In this document: positions 27,344-37,371 of the stretch, piece after piece
Numbering within the stretch: position 1 is the stretch's first letter
How the letters are laid out: each line of letters starts with the position of its first letter
Source of the DNA: Candidatus Stercoripulliclostridium sp.
Lineage (GTDB): Bacteria > Bacillota > Clostridia > Christensenellales > DTU072
Direction: 5' to 3'
Length of the DNA: 64,000 bases
NCBI GenBank assembly: GCA_045577735.1
Contig: JAZNIY010000017.1
Span: 6,972-70,971 of the forward strand
Position numbers and translations under genes: made by a program
The notes under the pieces: generated by a model
Database searches by the model: none
What the model was told of the DNA's origin: nothing
The model's input: only the letters and a program-made list of their open reading frames with translations

Positions 27344-27844
27344 CTAAAAATCAATAGGTATTTCTTTTGCAAGTGCAAAGTTTGTAAACCTAAAATCTTT
27401 TGTAACTTCCTTAATAATTTCTATTTTAGGCGGAATAGTAAATTCAAATTCTTCCGATGGTAACTCTATTTCCAAAACGTCAAACTCTTTAAAAAAAGGA
27501 AACTTGTCGATTTCATAATTAAGCCCGTTAAAAGGGATAACGTACCTGATTTTGAAAATTTCATTAAGCGCAAAATCACGCTCTTTTTGTAGCTCAAGAT
27601 ACTCTTTTGCGGAAATTTCGCGTTCCATCTCTTCCCTAGAAAATTCACCATTCGCCGGTCTTTTTAAGGTGAAATAGAAACCTTCTCTTCCTTCCTCCGT
27701 CACCTTTCTGATTCTACGCACGGGAAAGTCGTTTGAAGGTGTCAGGAAGGATTGTTCAATCTTTTTTACACTAGCGCCAAGAGACAAGAGTAACTCTTCC
27801 GACGTCTTTTTAATTATGTATTTTCTTTCTATCTCTAAAGCCAT
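27344..27844 (-). CDS. CYTH-domain protein
   Basis: EIERKY (ExExK) signature near the N-terminus. I placed the start at MALEIERKY. Confidence 0.7.
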   Translation of the reverse strand: MALEIERKYIIKKTSEELLLSLGASVKKIEQSFLTPSNDFPVRRIRKVTEEGREGFYFTLKRPANGEFSREEMEREISAKEYLELQKERDFALNEIFKIRYVIPFNGLNYEIDKFPFFKEFDVLEIELPSEEFEFTIPPKIEIIKEVTKDFRFTNFALAKEIPIDF

Positions 27845-27845
27845 A

Positions 27846-29324
27846 TTACGCCCTTTGCAATTCGATATAGAAGGTTGAACCCTCTCCAACCGAGGTGATT
27901 ACACCATACGCTCCACCCGGGTGTTTACTCATTACCGATTTAACTATGGAGAGCCCCAGCCCGGTTCCAACGGTAGAACGGCGGTGTGATTTTTCGGACT
28001 TGTAGTATCTGTCCCAAATGTGTGGTAGCACCTCTACGTCTACTCCGTCACCGTGGTCTATTACTTCTAGTCTAACTACACCACCGCGAACGAAAACCTT
28101 AACTATAACCTTCTTGTCCTCACCGGCGTAATTGACGGCATTATTAATAAGGTTATATACCACTTGCGTTATCTTTGTTTCATCGGCATAAACAAAAGCT
28201 TTGTCCACGTGCTCCCATTCGAGAGTGTATCCCAAGTGTTCAATAAGTTTACCATGCCTTACGATAAGAGCATCCATCACTTCCACTAGATCAAATCTTG
28301 AAAGATTAAGTTCCTCGTTGCCCTCTTGCTCTTTTGAGAGTGACAGCATATCGTTAACAAGATTGGTAAGCCTTGCCGTTTCATCAATTACAACCTGGAA
28401 GTTTTCAGCGGTTGCCTCACTGGGAATGTCCCTCATTAGTTCGGTATATCCCTTAATAAGCGTGAGTGGTGTCCTAAGGTCGTGTGAAACGTTTGCAATA
28501 AGTTCACGCCTATAATGCTCAACTTCGTTTACTTCCTTTTGAGCAAGTTGAAGGCTGTCGCGAAGCTCCAAAATCTCCTTGTATCCCGAACCTGTAATTT
28601 GAAGGTCGGCACTACCTGAAGAAATTTCTTTTGCTTGCGAGGTAAGCTCTATTATAGGACCACTAATTTGATTGCTTAGTCTGTAACTTAAATATCCGGC
28701 AAGAATTGCCGTAAGCACGCTAACAATAACAAAAATGATTACGAGCGTTTCGGTATAAGCCTCGCTTGGACTAATAACTGTATCCACCAAAACAGCATAA
28801 TTCTCTCCCACGGAGTTCTTTGCAATTAAGGTATATATATAATATTGTTTTATCTCTTTGTCCCCTCTTGGCACCTTACCCTCGTATGACGTATTGTCAT
28901 AATTATCGTCAAAGGGGAACAGTTCCATTTCCTCGCTATAATATCCCATTCCATCACGCGCTTTGTCGTAGTACCCCTCGAGAGATACTTCCGTGAAAGC
29001 GTGAATAGAACAGTCCTCTCTAACCTCTTGAGAAAGGTACACGTTGCCATTCTTGTCCGACACAATAATGCAAGCATCATTTTCAAACGATAGCCTTTTA
29101 ACCAAAAGCGAGAGGTCCGCATTGTCTATGTTTTGCGCGATCAAGTCTGCTATTTCATGCGCTTCATTTATGCGAATACTCTTAAAAACGGCTCCCGAAA
29201 TTGCAAAACCAAGAGCCCAAAATAGGGATATTACAACAAGCGAAAATGCCACAAAGATTAGTAGCATTTTTAAAAATAACGGGGTGTTATCCCCGTATAT
29301 ATTCTTTATCTTCAACTTAGCCAT
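27846..29324 (-). CDS. Sensor histidine kinase
   Basis: TM region, extracellular domain and a second TM, then H-box SHDLRTPL and a HATPase domain. The MAKLK start overlaps the response-regulator stop (ATGGCTAA). Confidence 0.85.
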   Translation of the reverse strand: MAKLKIKNIYGDNTPLFLKMLLIFVAFSLVVISLFWALGFAISGAVFKSIRINEAHEIADLIAQNIDNADLSLLVKRLSFENDACIIVSDKNGNVYLSQEVREDCSIHAFTEVSLEGYYDKARDGMGYYSEEMELFPFDDNYDNTSYEGKVPRGDKEIKQYYIYTLIAKNSVGENYAVLVDTVISPSEAYTETLVIIFVIVSVLTAILAGYLSYRLSNQISGPIIELTSQAKEISSGSADLQITGSGYKEILELRDSLQLAQKEVNEVEHYRRELIANVSHDLRTPLTLIKGYTELMRDIPSEATAENFQVVIDETARLTNLVNDMLSLSKEQEGNEELNLSRFDLVEVMDALIVRHGKLIEHLGYTLEWEHVDKAFVYADETKITQVVYNLINNAVNYAGEDKKVIVKVFVRGGVVRLEVIDHGDGVDVEVLPHIWDRYYKSEKSHRRSTVGTGLGLSIVKSVMSKHPGGAYGVITSVGEGSTFYIELQRA

Positions 29325-29985
29325 CGAACCTGTATCCCATTCCACGTAGCGTTACAATATACTGCGAGGCGTTTCCAAGGCTCTTTCTTAAAAGCTTAAT
29401 GTGTGTGTCAAGGGTTCTGTCATCGCCATAAAAGTCATACCCCCAAACCTCGTTGAGAAGTTTTTCACGTGAAAGGGCAATCCCTCTGTTTTTCACCATA
29501 AAGAAGAGTAGCTCGTATTCTTTGGGAGAAAGATCGACTTGAACGCCTTCTACTGCAACCTTGCGGGCAGTAAAGTCCACCTTTAAAAGTTGGTTTTCAT
29601 AAATTTCCACGTTTGTTTTTTGGCTGTTGACACGATTCATAACAGCATTTATGCGAAGCATAAGTTCCTTTGGTGAAAAAGGCTTGCCAATGTAATCGTC
29701 AGCACCTATTTCCAGTCCATGAATTTTGTCATAGGTTTCCGTACGAGCAGAAAGCATTATGACGGGAAGGTTGGAAAACTTTCTAATTTCTCTAACCGCA
29801 CTAAAGCCGTCAAGCTCGGGCATCATAACGTCCATGATTACTATGTCATACGAGCCATCTTTTACCTTTTGAATTGCTTCTAGCCCATCACTGGCTTCGT
29901 CATAGGCAAAGCCCTCTAGGGTGCAATACTTTGCAACCAGCTCTCTTATTCCTTGTTCATCATCAACTATGAGTACTTTGTACAT
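29317..29985 (-). CDS. OmpR-family response regulator
   Basis: 222 aa with a receiver domain (DVMMPELDG) and a winged-helix C-terminal domain. Confidence 0.9.
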   Translation of the reverse strand: MYKVLIVDDEQGIRELVAKYCTLEGFAYDEASDGLEAIQKVKDGSYDIVIMDVMMPELDGFSAVREIRKFSNLPVIMLSARTETYDKIHGLEIGADDYIGKPFSPKELMLRINAVMNRVNSQKTNVEIYENQLLKVDFTARKVAVEGVQVDLSPKEYELLFFMVKNRGIALSREKLLNEVWGYDFYGDDRTLDTHIKLLRKSLGNASQYIVTLRGMGYRFDG

Positions 29986-29995
29986 TTCTATCTCC

Positions 29996-31162
29996 TTAAT
30001 CGCAATTCGTGCGATTGGTCAAAACCAGTCTTACAGTGCCTTCAACGCCCTGTCTTCTATAAACTATTTCCACAGAATCTCCCACTTTTTTGGAGTTTAG
30101 TATTCTTTCCCATTCCTCTACAGTTGCAACCTCTTCACCCGCAACGGAAACAATGTAATCGTTTCTTACAAGCGTCGTATGAATTTCTTCGTTGGTTACT
30201 CCCATAAAATATAGGCCGGCTACCATTGTTGAGGAATTATTGACCTCTCTTACGTCAAATACTTTAGTGTCCACTCTACCTTTAACGTAGCCGTACGTAA
30301 TTAGGTCCGTGCCTATTTTAAGCGCATCGTTAATAGGAGAAGCGAAGCTAATATTGTGACCATACTCTCCGGCGCCCCTTGCGTTTATTATGCCAACAAG
30401 TGCACCATACATATTAAATATACCACCGCCACTATCACCGGGGTTTAAGGGACAAGAAAGTTGGATTAGGTTTTCCATGTCTTTCCCGCCTATGTTTATT
30501 GAACGGTTTATTGCAGAAACATTACCACAAGTAACGGTGCCACCAAGACTGCCGAATGGGTTCCCAATTGCAATAATCTCTTGACCAGAAGATAAATCGC
30601 TAGAGTGTCCCACCGTTGCAGAATTTAGGGTTTGTGCGTTAATTTTCACAACTGCTATATCGGTGAGTTTGTCACCCCTAACCCATTCTGCTTCATATTC
30701 GCTACCGTTGTATAATCTCACCTTGACTTGCTCGGCATCTTCCACAACGTGATATGCAGTTATTATGTATCCGTCCGTTGCGATGACAACGCCACTACCT
30801 GCTCCGCCACTTACAAATTGGGTGCTCCTAGAGGAATAGGTCGCCGACTCGGTATAGATTTCCACAACGCTTTGCTTAACCTCTTTTGCCACTTGCTCCG
30901 GCGTTTTAATTCCGGTCACAGAAGAAAGGTTTTCCGTCCTTTCGGTGTTATCACGATATATTATGGTTGTTTGGCCGTTGGAAGGAGTGTTACCTCCATT
31001 CTTTTTAGCAACCAAATGCGCTCCTAAAAAACCACTTCCTATACAGGAGCCGAGTATAAACAGCACAAGAAAAACTATCGCAACAGGACTCATCCTTTTT
31101 ACGATAGGTACTCTTGGAACGCGCGAACGCACCTCGTAACTGAATCTGGGGTTGTTATACAT
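29996..31162 (-). CDS. htrA: HtrA/DegP-family serine protease with a PDZ domain
   Basis: N-terminal TM, catalytic triad contexts AYHVV, DIAVVKI and GDSGGG, and a C-terminal PDZ domain. Confidence 0.88.
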   Translation of the reverse strand: MYNNPRFSYEVRSRVPRVPIVKRMSPVAIVFLVLFILGSCIGSGFLGAHLVAKKNGGNTPSNGQTTIIYRDNTERTENLSSVTGIKTPEQVAKEVKQSVVEIYTESATYSSRSTQFVSGGAGSGVVIATDGYIITAYHVVEDAEQVKVRLYNGSEYEAEWVRGDKLTDIAVVKINAQTLNSATVGHSSDLSSGQEIIAIGNPFGSLGGTVTCGNVSAINRSINIGGKDMENLIQLSCPLNPGDSGGGIFNMYGALVGIINARGAGEYGHNISFASPINDALKIGTDLITYGYVKGRVDTKVFDVREVNNSSTMVAGLYFMGVTNEEIHTTLVRNDYIVSVAGEEVATVEEWERILNSKKVGDSVEIVYRRQGVEGTVRLVLTNRTNCD

Positions 31163-31266
31163 AGCACTCCTATGATGTGTAATTGATATTTCTCTATTAT
31201 ACTATAATAAGTAAATATGAACTTCTTATGAAGTGATAGTGAAATTTTTAGTATTTTTCGCTTTTT

Positions 31267-31806
31267 CTATACGCGCAAGAAACGTTCTCTGTATGCCTTG
31301 ATGGCTGACTCTATGCACTTGCGAGCCTTTTTAGAGTCATCAACCTTCATAACAGCCGTTTGCTTACCTTTCTCAAGGTTTTTATAAACGGTAAAGAAGT
31401 GAGTCATTTCTTGCATTATGTGAGGAGGAAGTTCACTTATGTCTTTGTAGTCCGACCAAGTAGGATCGCCAAAGGGGATGGCTATAATCTTGGTGTCTTC
31501 AAAGCCGTTGTCCGTCATAGAAATCATACCAATGGGATAGCATCTGCAAAGAGCCAATGGAACGATAACCTCACTTGAAAGAACCAAAACGTCCAATGGG
31601 TCAAGATCTTCTGCAAAGGTACGAGGAATAAATCCGTAGTTTGCAGGGTAGTGGGTAGAGGTGAAAAGCACTCTATCCAAAATTAAACAGCCCGTTTCTT
31701 TGTCCAATTCATACTTGTTTTTGGAACCCTTTGGTATTTCGATTACTGCTAAAAAATCGTCTGGATTAATTCTTTCTCTACTAACGTCGTGCCAAATATT
31801 TTTCAC
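31267..31806 (-). CDS. ppa: Inorganic pyrophosphatase (family I)
   Basis: 179 aa with the DPLDVLVL motif. Confidence 0.9.
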   Translation of the reverse strand: MKNIWHDVSRERINPDDFLAVIEIPKGSKNKYELDKETGCLILDRVLFTSTHYPANYGFIPRTFAEDLDPLDVLVLSSEVIVPLALCRCYPIGMISMTDNGFEDTKIIAIPFGDPTWSDYKDISELPPHIMQEMTHFFTVYKNLEKGKQTAVMKVDDSKKARKCIESAIKAYRERFLRV

Positions 31807-31848
31807 AGTCTTTCTCCTTATTTTGTTATGATAATCTAAAATTATTAA

Positions 31849-32361
31849 CTATTGTTTGCTTTCTTCTGCATTTTGGGCATCTTCAACTTGGGTTTCCGTT
31901 GCCTCAACTTCTTCATTTTCCTCTCCACGTTCAATGTGAAGTTTTTCACTTACGGAATCAACCACCGTATCGACGGTCTTCTCTACGGCTTCCTTTGCCT
32001 TTTGAAGGGTCCTTCTTACCATTCCAAAAATTTTAATTGCTGCAAAAATAACAACGGCTATAATCATAAAATCTAGGCAAGCTTGAATAAATGTACCCCA
32101 AAGAATTTCCACTATGGTACCGTCTGCTTGTACAACTTCCGTTTTAAGAACGGTTAGGTCGGTTTTGATAATTAAGCCAAGTATGGGCATAATTATGGAG
32201 TCTACTAAACGGTTAACAATGTCTTTGAAAGCACCACCGACAATAACACCAACGGCCATGTCGATTATGCTTCCGCGATTTATAAACTCAGCAAACTCTT
32301 TTGCAAGACTTTTCTTGTCTTTCTTGTCTTTTTTTCTTCCAAACATTTTTATATCCTCCAA
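31849..32361 (-). CDS. mscL: Large-conductance mechanosensitive channel with an acidic C-terminal extension
   Basis: FINRGSIIDMAVGVIVGGAF core. The tail is rich in E. Confidence 0.85.
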   Translation of the reverse strand: MEDIKMFGRKKDKKDKKSLAKEFAEFINRGSIIDMAVGVIVGGAFKDIVNRLVDSIIMPILGLIIKTDLTVLKTEVVQADGTIVEILWGTFIQACLDFMIIAVVIFAAIKIFGMVRRTLQKAKEAVEKTVDTVVDSVSEKLHIERGEENEEVEATETQVEDAQNAEESKQ

Positions 32362-32364
32362 TTA

Positions 32365-32946
32365 TTAGTTTCTGTCTTCATCAAGGTAACTTGCCATAAC
32401 GTCGGCTATGTGAGTTAGTACTGCAAGTGGATATTGTTCATAGGCTTTGGCGATTGAATAACTGCCACCCTTAACTCTTTCATCGTATCCACCCATATGC
32501 CAGTTGATACAAATGGCTTCTTCCCTCGTTAAACGCATAAATCCGTTTATAATATAAACGGATTTTTCTCCGTGTCCGTAAGGAAGTAGTTCGTCAATGG
32601 TATAATACGGCACCTTAATCCAACTACCGTCGGGTTGCTTTTGGTTGCGATAATCGGTAACGTACATTCCGATTTTGCATACGTCGTGAAGAAGGGCAAT
32701 AATAGCGATGCTCTCACCACTTACCTTCTTTGCCCAGTCGCTTTTTTCGTTTTCTACGAGCTCTTTCAAACGATAGTATACGTTGATGCTGTGTTCGCAA
32801 AGCCCCGACTCTCTGGCGAGATGGAACTTGGTCGATGCAGGCGCCGTAAAGAAATCACTGCTTTCCAAATATTCCAGCATCTTGTTTGCGCCTTCGCGTT
32901 TAATTTCACGTTCAAAAATTTCTATAAATTGTTCTCTGAATCCCAT
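32365..32946 (-). CDS. HD-domain hydrolase
   Basis: 193 aa with the LLHDVCK HD motif. Confidence 0.7.
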   Translation of the reverse strand: MGFREQFIEIFEREIKREGANKMLEYLESSDFFTAPASTKFHLARESGLCEHSINVYYRLKELVENEKSDWAKKVSGESIAIIALLHDVCKIGMYVTDYRNQKQPDGSWIKVPYYTIDELLPYGHGEKSVYIINGFMRLTREEAICINWHMGGYDERVKGGSYSIAKAYEQYPLAVLTHIADVMASYLDEDRN

Positions 32947-32953
32947 ACTTTCC

Positions 32954-34117
32954 TCACAATTTGTAACTCAAATATCCGTAATCCTTCTCGCCAACGCTAA
33001 CGTTAATATAATCACTCATAGCTGAAGGAATGGGGTAAATTTTGTCTAATACTTCTACTACCAGCAAGTTGCCCATATCAAATACGGCAACCTCTAGCAC
33101 GTCACTTTCTTGCAAATTATAGTCCACTATGCCGTAATTTTCTATTACGCCGTCTATAATTACGCTTTTGTATTCATCAATTTCAATAGTAGTTTGACCA
33201 AAAGTTAGCGCAATACCACTTTCAATTGGAAGCTCGAACAGGTGGAGTATTCCTTGCTCTCTAACCAGCGTTAAAGGCATTTTTGCATTTTCTTCCACCC
33301 CGTTATCCGTTCTTAAACGAGCTCTCTTTAGAGCATCTCTATAGAACCTAAAGCCTACGTTTCCCGACGCATCGTATACTTCTACCGCTATTAAAGAACG
33401 CCCACAGCCTATGAAAATAATTGGTGTTGCTTCTCTAATCATAACGGAACGCATAATCTCGCCATAGGTTTCTAGTACGTTTTTACCGAGGTTTATCTCT
33501 CCACCGGATAAATTAATTTCCACTTCTGAAACACACGCACCACAAGAGGAATATGCAACGTAACTCTTATTGTTTGCTACAAAAGGACTAGGTGCGCCTA
33601 GATAATCTATGATTTCCGCATCGTTACATAAATTCTTTAAAACGGACTTTTGCCAACTTAGGTTGTCGCTTGAAAAATATGCCGGAATATCGCCACTATT
33701 TTCAGCACCAATGAGCCAACGATAACCATCGGAATAGATGACCTTAATCTCCTTTAGTTTGGAGTTTTTGATAACTGCACTCGGGAATGGCTCAAAAGTA
33801 CGGCAATCCTTGCTTACGGCAATATGCACGTTTGTCAAATTAAAAATATTATTAACGGCATAATACAAGTATACCTTGCCGTTTTGTGAAAAAGCCGTTA
33901 CGGAGTCCACTATTCCTCTGCAAACAAGCGCCTCTTCCTTTCTCTCCCAAGTGAAACAGTCACTCGTTGAAAAGTGCATTATAGTTGATTTAAGGCCCTT
34001 TGTAAACGCGAAAAACAAATGAAATTCGCCGTCAAGATATATAACGGAAAAACCTTTATTTCCACTAAAGAATGGGATATCATTAAAAATGTAGTTGTTT
34101 TCTAGTATATTTGCCAT
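32954..34117 (-). CDS. Beta-propeller glycosidase-like protein (GH32/GH43-like, degenerate motifs)
   Basis: 387 aa. The repeated pattern resembles a five-bladed propeller (HFSTSDCFTWERKEE). Catalytic motifs could not be recognised. Confidence 0.35.
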   Translation of the reverse strand: MANILENNYIFNDIPFFSGNKGFSVIYLDGEFHLFFAFTKGLKSTIMHFSTSDCFTWERKEEALVCRGIVDSVTAFSQNGKVYLYYAVNNIFNLTNVHIAVSKDCRTFEPFPSAVIKNSKLKEIKVIYSDGYRWLIGAENSGDIPAYFSSDNLSWQKSVLKNLCNDAEIIDYLGAPSPFVANNKSYVAYSSCGACVSEVEINLSGGEINLGKNVLETYGEIMRSVMIREATPIIFIGCGRSLIAVEVYDASGNVGFRFYRDALKRARLRTDNGVEENAKMPLTLVREQGILHLFELPIESGIALTFGQTTIEIDEYKSVIIDGVIENYGIVDYNLQESDVLEVAVFDMGNLLVVEVLDKIYPIPSAMSDYINVSVGEKDYGYLSYKL

Positions 34118-34187
34118 AATCTATCCTTTTCAGTTCTTATTTTATACTATTTTTCTAATATAGTCAATTACTACTTGCGCGTAAATA

Positions 34188-34216
34188 TTGCGCGCGCATA
34201 AAAAATGTGTTATAAT
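34188..34216 (+). promoter_or_regulatory. Extended -10 promoter for the GH2-like gene
   Basis: TTGCGC, a 17-nt spacer, then TATAAT with TG at -15/-14. The ATG at 34223 begins 7 nt after the -10 element. Confidence 0.5.
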
Positions 34217-34222
34217 CAAACC

Positions 34223-35851
34223 ATGCAAAGAGAAGATTACCCCATACCGAATTTCATAAGACCTCATTTTAAATCACTCGACGGCGAGTGGCAAGTAACC
34301 CTTTATGCCGATGAAACGCCCCAAATCGAAACCATAGTTTTACCTTGTGAATTGGGCTCAAAGGCTAGTGGTGTAGGCGATGTTTCCGGCGTCCATACCG
34401 CCGTTTATGAAAAAACTTTTGATTTAAACAGCATTGAAAAAACGGGCACCACCCTACTAAACTTTATCGGCATTTCCTCCTACAGCGAAATCTATTTGAA
34501 CGACACGTTGATTACTCAAAACGCAGGTAGCATGCACTCCATTCATTTGGACGTTTCGCTTGTGGTTAAAGAGGGCGAAAACAAGTTAATCGTCGTCGCC
34601 AAACGCTCCCTAGAAGAAAACGTTCCATTAGGTATACTTGGAGAGGTTTGGCTAGAGTTTAGCGCAAAAAGTTATTTTGGCACAATTAGAACCTATGGCT
34701 CTTTGCGCGACAAGAGCATTTATATCCAAGGCGCCGTGGCCGGTGAAACCGAAGGGTACAAGGTCAAGGTAGAAATTGCCTATGCCAAAAAGCCCGTTGC
34801 AACTTACGAATATACCGCAAGACCGGTTCTCAATCTTTCTGCAAATCTTAAAACGCAAGCGGTATTCTTGTGGCAATCTTTGGAGCCAAGATTTTACGAA
34901 TTGAGGATTTCTCTCTATAATGCTCGTGGTGGTCTATGCGATCAAATTTACACCTACTGTGCTTTTAGGGATGTCAACCTAGTCGACAATAAGCTTTACG
35001 TCAATGGTCAACCTACCTTCGTAAGAGCCGTCGAAGTTGCTGGCGTTTATCCCCACACGGGAATAGTCCCAGGCTCCTCTAAAGCAATCGCACAAGATTA
35101 CGCCTCCGCCATGATGCTCGGCTTTAACGCCATTCACTTTAATCGTTATCCCACCCCTCGCGAACTTTACATTGCCGACAAGCTGGGTCTTATGGTTCGT
35201 GCTAGCATGGGGGGAGAGAGTAAAAACACCGACGTTCCAGAAAACTTCAATGCGTTTGCTACTGAAGCACAGGCAATGTTAAATCGTGATTTTGGGCACC
35301 CCAGTTTGATAATACAAGTACCCTTTACTAACTATTCTGGAAGTGCTGTCGTGCAAACGTCCACTTACAAACTCTTTAAGCAAACCGACCCAACCAAGCT
35401 TTGTAGCACGAGTGGTGGTGACCTCTATGCAACCGATTTGTATGAATTTAGAGAGGAAAGCGCCAAGCGAGAAGAGGTGGAAGAGTGGCTCATATATCGC
35501 TTTAACGGAGTAAAACTTTCAGAGAAGGAAGATGCTAAACGTCGCAAGCATAAGCCCGAATTATTGTCCGAGGATAAACTTCGTACTATGCCCTTCTATC
35601 TTGGTAGTTTTTGTGCCGGCAACCTTCGTGCAAACGACCAATATTCCGAAGTTCGTTTTATTAACACCTACGCCGAGCAATACGACCTTATCTCCGCTAG
35701 TGGCGCCGTTGGTTTTACTTTCAATAAACTTTATGACCAAGGCGACAGTAGAAACGGCCTACTAACCGAAAATCGTGATTTTAAACTTAGTCGCGAGGGC
35801 ATTGCAAAACTGCGTGCAATAAACAAGAAAAAGGCCTTTGGCGAGCCCTAA
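34223..35851 (+). CDS. GH2-like protein lacking both catalytic glutamates
   Basis: Matches, from memory, the LacZ-type segment RDxxHPSxII...GNESG, but reads RDFGHPSLIIQVPFTNYSG. The ORF-track start at 34205 lies upstream of the predicted -10. Confidence 0.6.
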   Translation: MQREDYPIPNFIRPHFKSLDGEWQVTLYADETPQIETIVLPCELGSKASGVGDVSGVHTAVYEKTFDLNSIEKTGTTLLNFIGISSYSEIYLNDTLITQNAGSMHSIHLDVSLVVKEGENKLIVVAKRSLEENVPLGILGEVWLEFSAKSYFGTIRTYGSLRDKSIYIQGAVAGETEGYKVKVEIAYAKKPVATYEYTARPVLNLSANLKTQAVFLWQSLEPRFYELRISLYNARGGLCDQIYTYCAFRDVNLVDNKLYVNGQPTFVRAVEVAGVYPHTGIVPGSSKAIAQDYASAMMLGFNAIHFNRYPTPRELYIADKLGLMVRASMGGESKNTDVPENFNAFATEAQAMLNRDFGHPSLIIQVPFTNYSGSAVVQTSTYKLFKQTDPTKLCSTSGGDLYATDLYEFREESAKREEVEEWLIYRFNGVKLSEKEDAKRRKHKPELLSEDKLRTMPFYLGSFCAGNLRANDQYSEVRFINTYAEQYDLISASGAVGFTFNKLYDQGDSRNGLLTENRDFKLSREGIAKLRAINKKKAFGEP

Positions 35852-35946
35852 TAGATTGCCATTAAACCAAGCTATTGGTTGGTTTTTTATTTAAAGGATA
35901 TATTTTCGCCCTTGCAAATAACTACGCGGTATGGTAATATATTTTT

Positions 35947-37221
35947 ATGAGAACACCAATTAAAGTATTTAGTAAAGAAACAGGTAACGCAAACAATTAC
36001 CGCATTCCCTCCCTCGTCCGTTTGAACGATGGTAGTTTAGTGGCAAGTGCAGACGAGCGCTTTTATACTGCCTCCGATAACCCCAACCGAATTGAAAAAG
36101 TTGTTAGAATCTCTAACGATAACGGCATAACTTGGGGCAAGCAAATTACTGCCGTTGCAACACTTGGTGACGATAAACAGCACTCATCCGCCGCCGTTGA
36201 CCCTGCAACCCTATATGACGATGCTACTAATACTATTTTTATGCTTTACTCTTTTACCCCTGCCGGCATAGGCATACTTAATTGTGGCGCAGGCTCCGGT
36301 TTAATAGAGGGCAAACAAAAAGTAGTCAAAGGTCTTTGTAACTACGTCGTTGAAAACGGAGAACTCACCCACAAAGGTAAGAGCGTGGGCGTTAAAGTAG
36401 GCGAAGCCGGCAATCTTTCTTGTGGTGGCAACCTATTTACTGCAACGTCACCCTACAAGGCATACGGTACTTCCTATCTTATGCTCACAAAGTCCACAGA
36501 TGGTGGCAACAGTTGGAGCGCCCCTATTTGCCTAGATGCTATGGTTAAATCCAAGAGAATGCACTTCTTAGGTTCAGGTCCCGCTAACGGCATAAAGATT
36601 AAAGAGGGCAAATATGCCGGTAGACTTGTTTTCCCCGTTTACTATGGATTAACCAAATGGCCCATGAGCCTTACTTGTGCAGTAATTTGGAGTGATGACA
36701 ATGGCAAAACTTGGGAAATTGGTGCCACTCCCGAAATAGATGGCAGATTCCCCAAGAAAAATCCTTGGATTATTCCCGACCCACTAATGACAACGGAAAG
36801 TCAAGTTGTAGAACTTCCCGGTGGTGACCTTGCCGTATTTATGCGCAACCATAATAAAAAGAGAAGAATACTTCGTGCCGTTTCCAAAAATGGTGGTGCT
36901 AGCTGGGAGAAGCCCGAATTCATAGAAGACCTTCCCCATTGCATATGTCAAATTACAGCTATCGGCTTTGAATACGAGGGCAAATATACCATTGCTTGCA
37001 TTAATGCAAGCGACACCAAAAAGAGGGTTAACGGCAAGCTCAAGATCTCTCTTGACGAAGGCAAGACCTTCCCCTACTCCTATACCATTACAGAGGGTGA
37101 ATTCGTTTACAGTAGTGCCGTATACCTAGGCAATGGTGATATCGCCGTTCTCTACGAAGACAACACCAAACACGAAGACATCAAATTTACGGTAATAAAC
37201 CTAAAAGAAGTAATTAAATAA
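35947..37221 (+). CDS. Exo-alpha-sialidase (GH33)
   Basis: YRIPSL (RIP) motif plus four Asp-boxes: SNDNGITW, STDGGNSW, SDDNGKTW and SKNGGASW. No signal peptide is apparent. Confidence 0.85.
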   Translation: MRTPIKVFSKETGNANNYRIPSLVRLNDGSLVASADERFYTASDNPNRIEKVVRISNDNGITWGKQITAVATLGDDKQHSSAAVDPATLYDDATNTIFMLYSFTPAGIGILNCGAGSGLIEGKQKVVKGLCNYVVENGELTHKGKSVGVKVGEAGNLSCGGNLFTATSPYKAYGTSYLMLTKSTDGGNSWSAPICLDAMVKSKRMHFLGSGPANGIKIKEGKYAGRLVFPVYYGLTKWPMSLTCAVIWSDDNGKTWEIGATPEIDGRFPKKNPWIIPDPLMTTESQVVELPGGDLAVFMRNHNKKRRILRAVSKNGGASWEKPEFIEDLPHCICQITAIGFEYEGKYTIACINASDTKKRVNGKLKISLDEGKTFPYSYTITEGEFVYSSAVYLGNGDIAVLYEDNTKHEDIKFTVINLKEVIK

Positions 37222-37224
37222 TTT

Positions 37225-37256
37225 AAAAAGGCTCTCTTAATTGAGAGCCTTTAGTT
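37225..37256. terminator. Bidirectional terminator
   Basis: aaaggctctc / gagagccttt, lying between convergent genes. Confidence 0.7.
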
Positions 37257-37371
37257 TATTCATTTTCTTTGTTCTTTTTCCATATAATTACTCCTTTTTA
37301 TTTGTTATCATAGTCATTGTAAATTTCGCGAGAGAAAACACGAACTACTTTTTAGGAGTTTGCATCATTAG

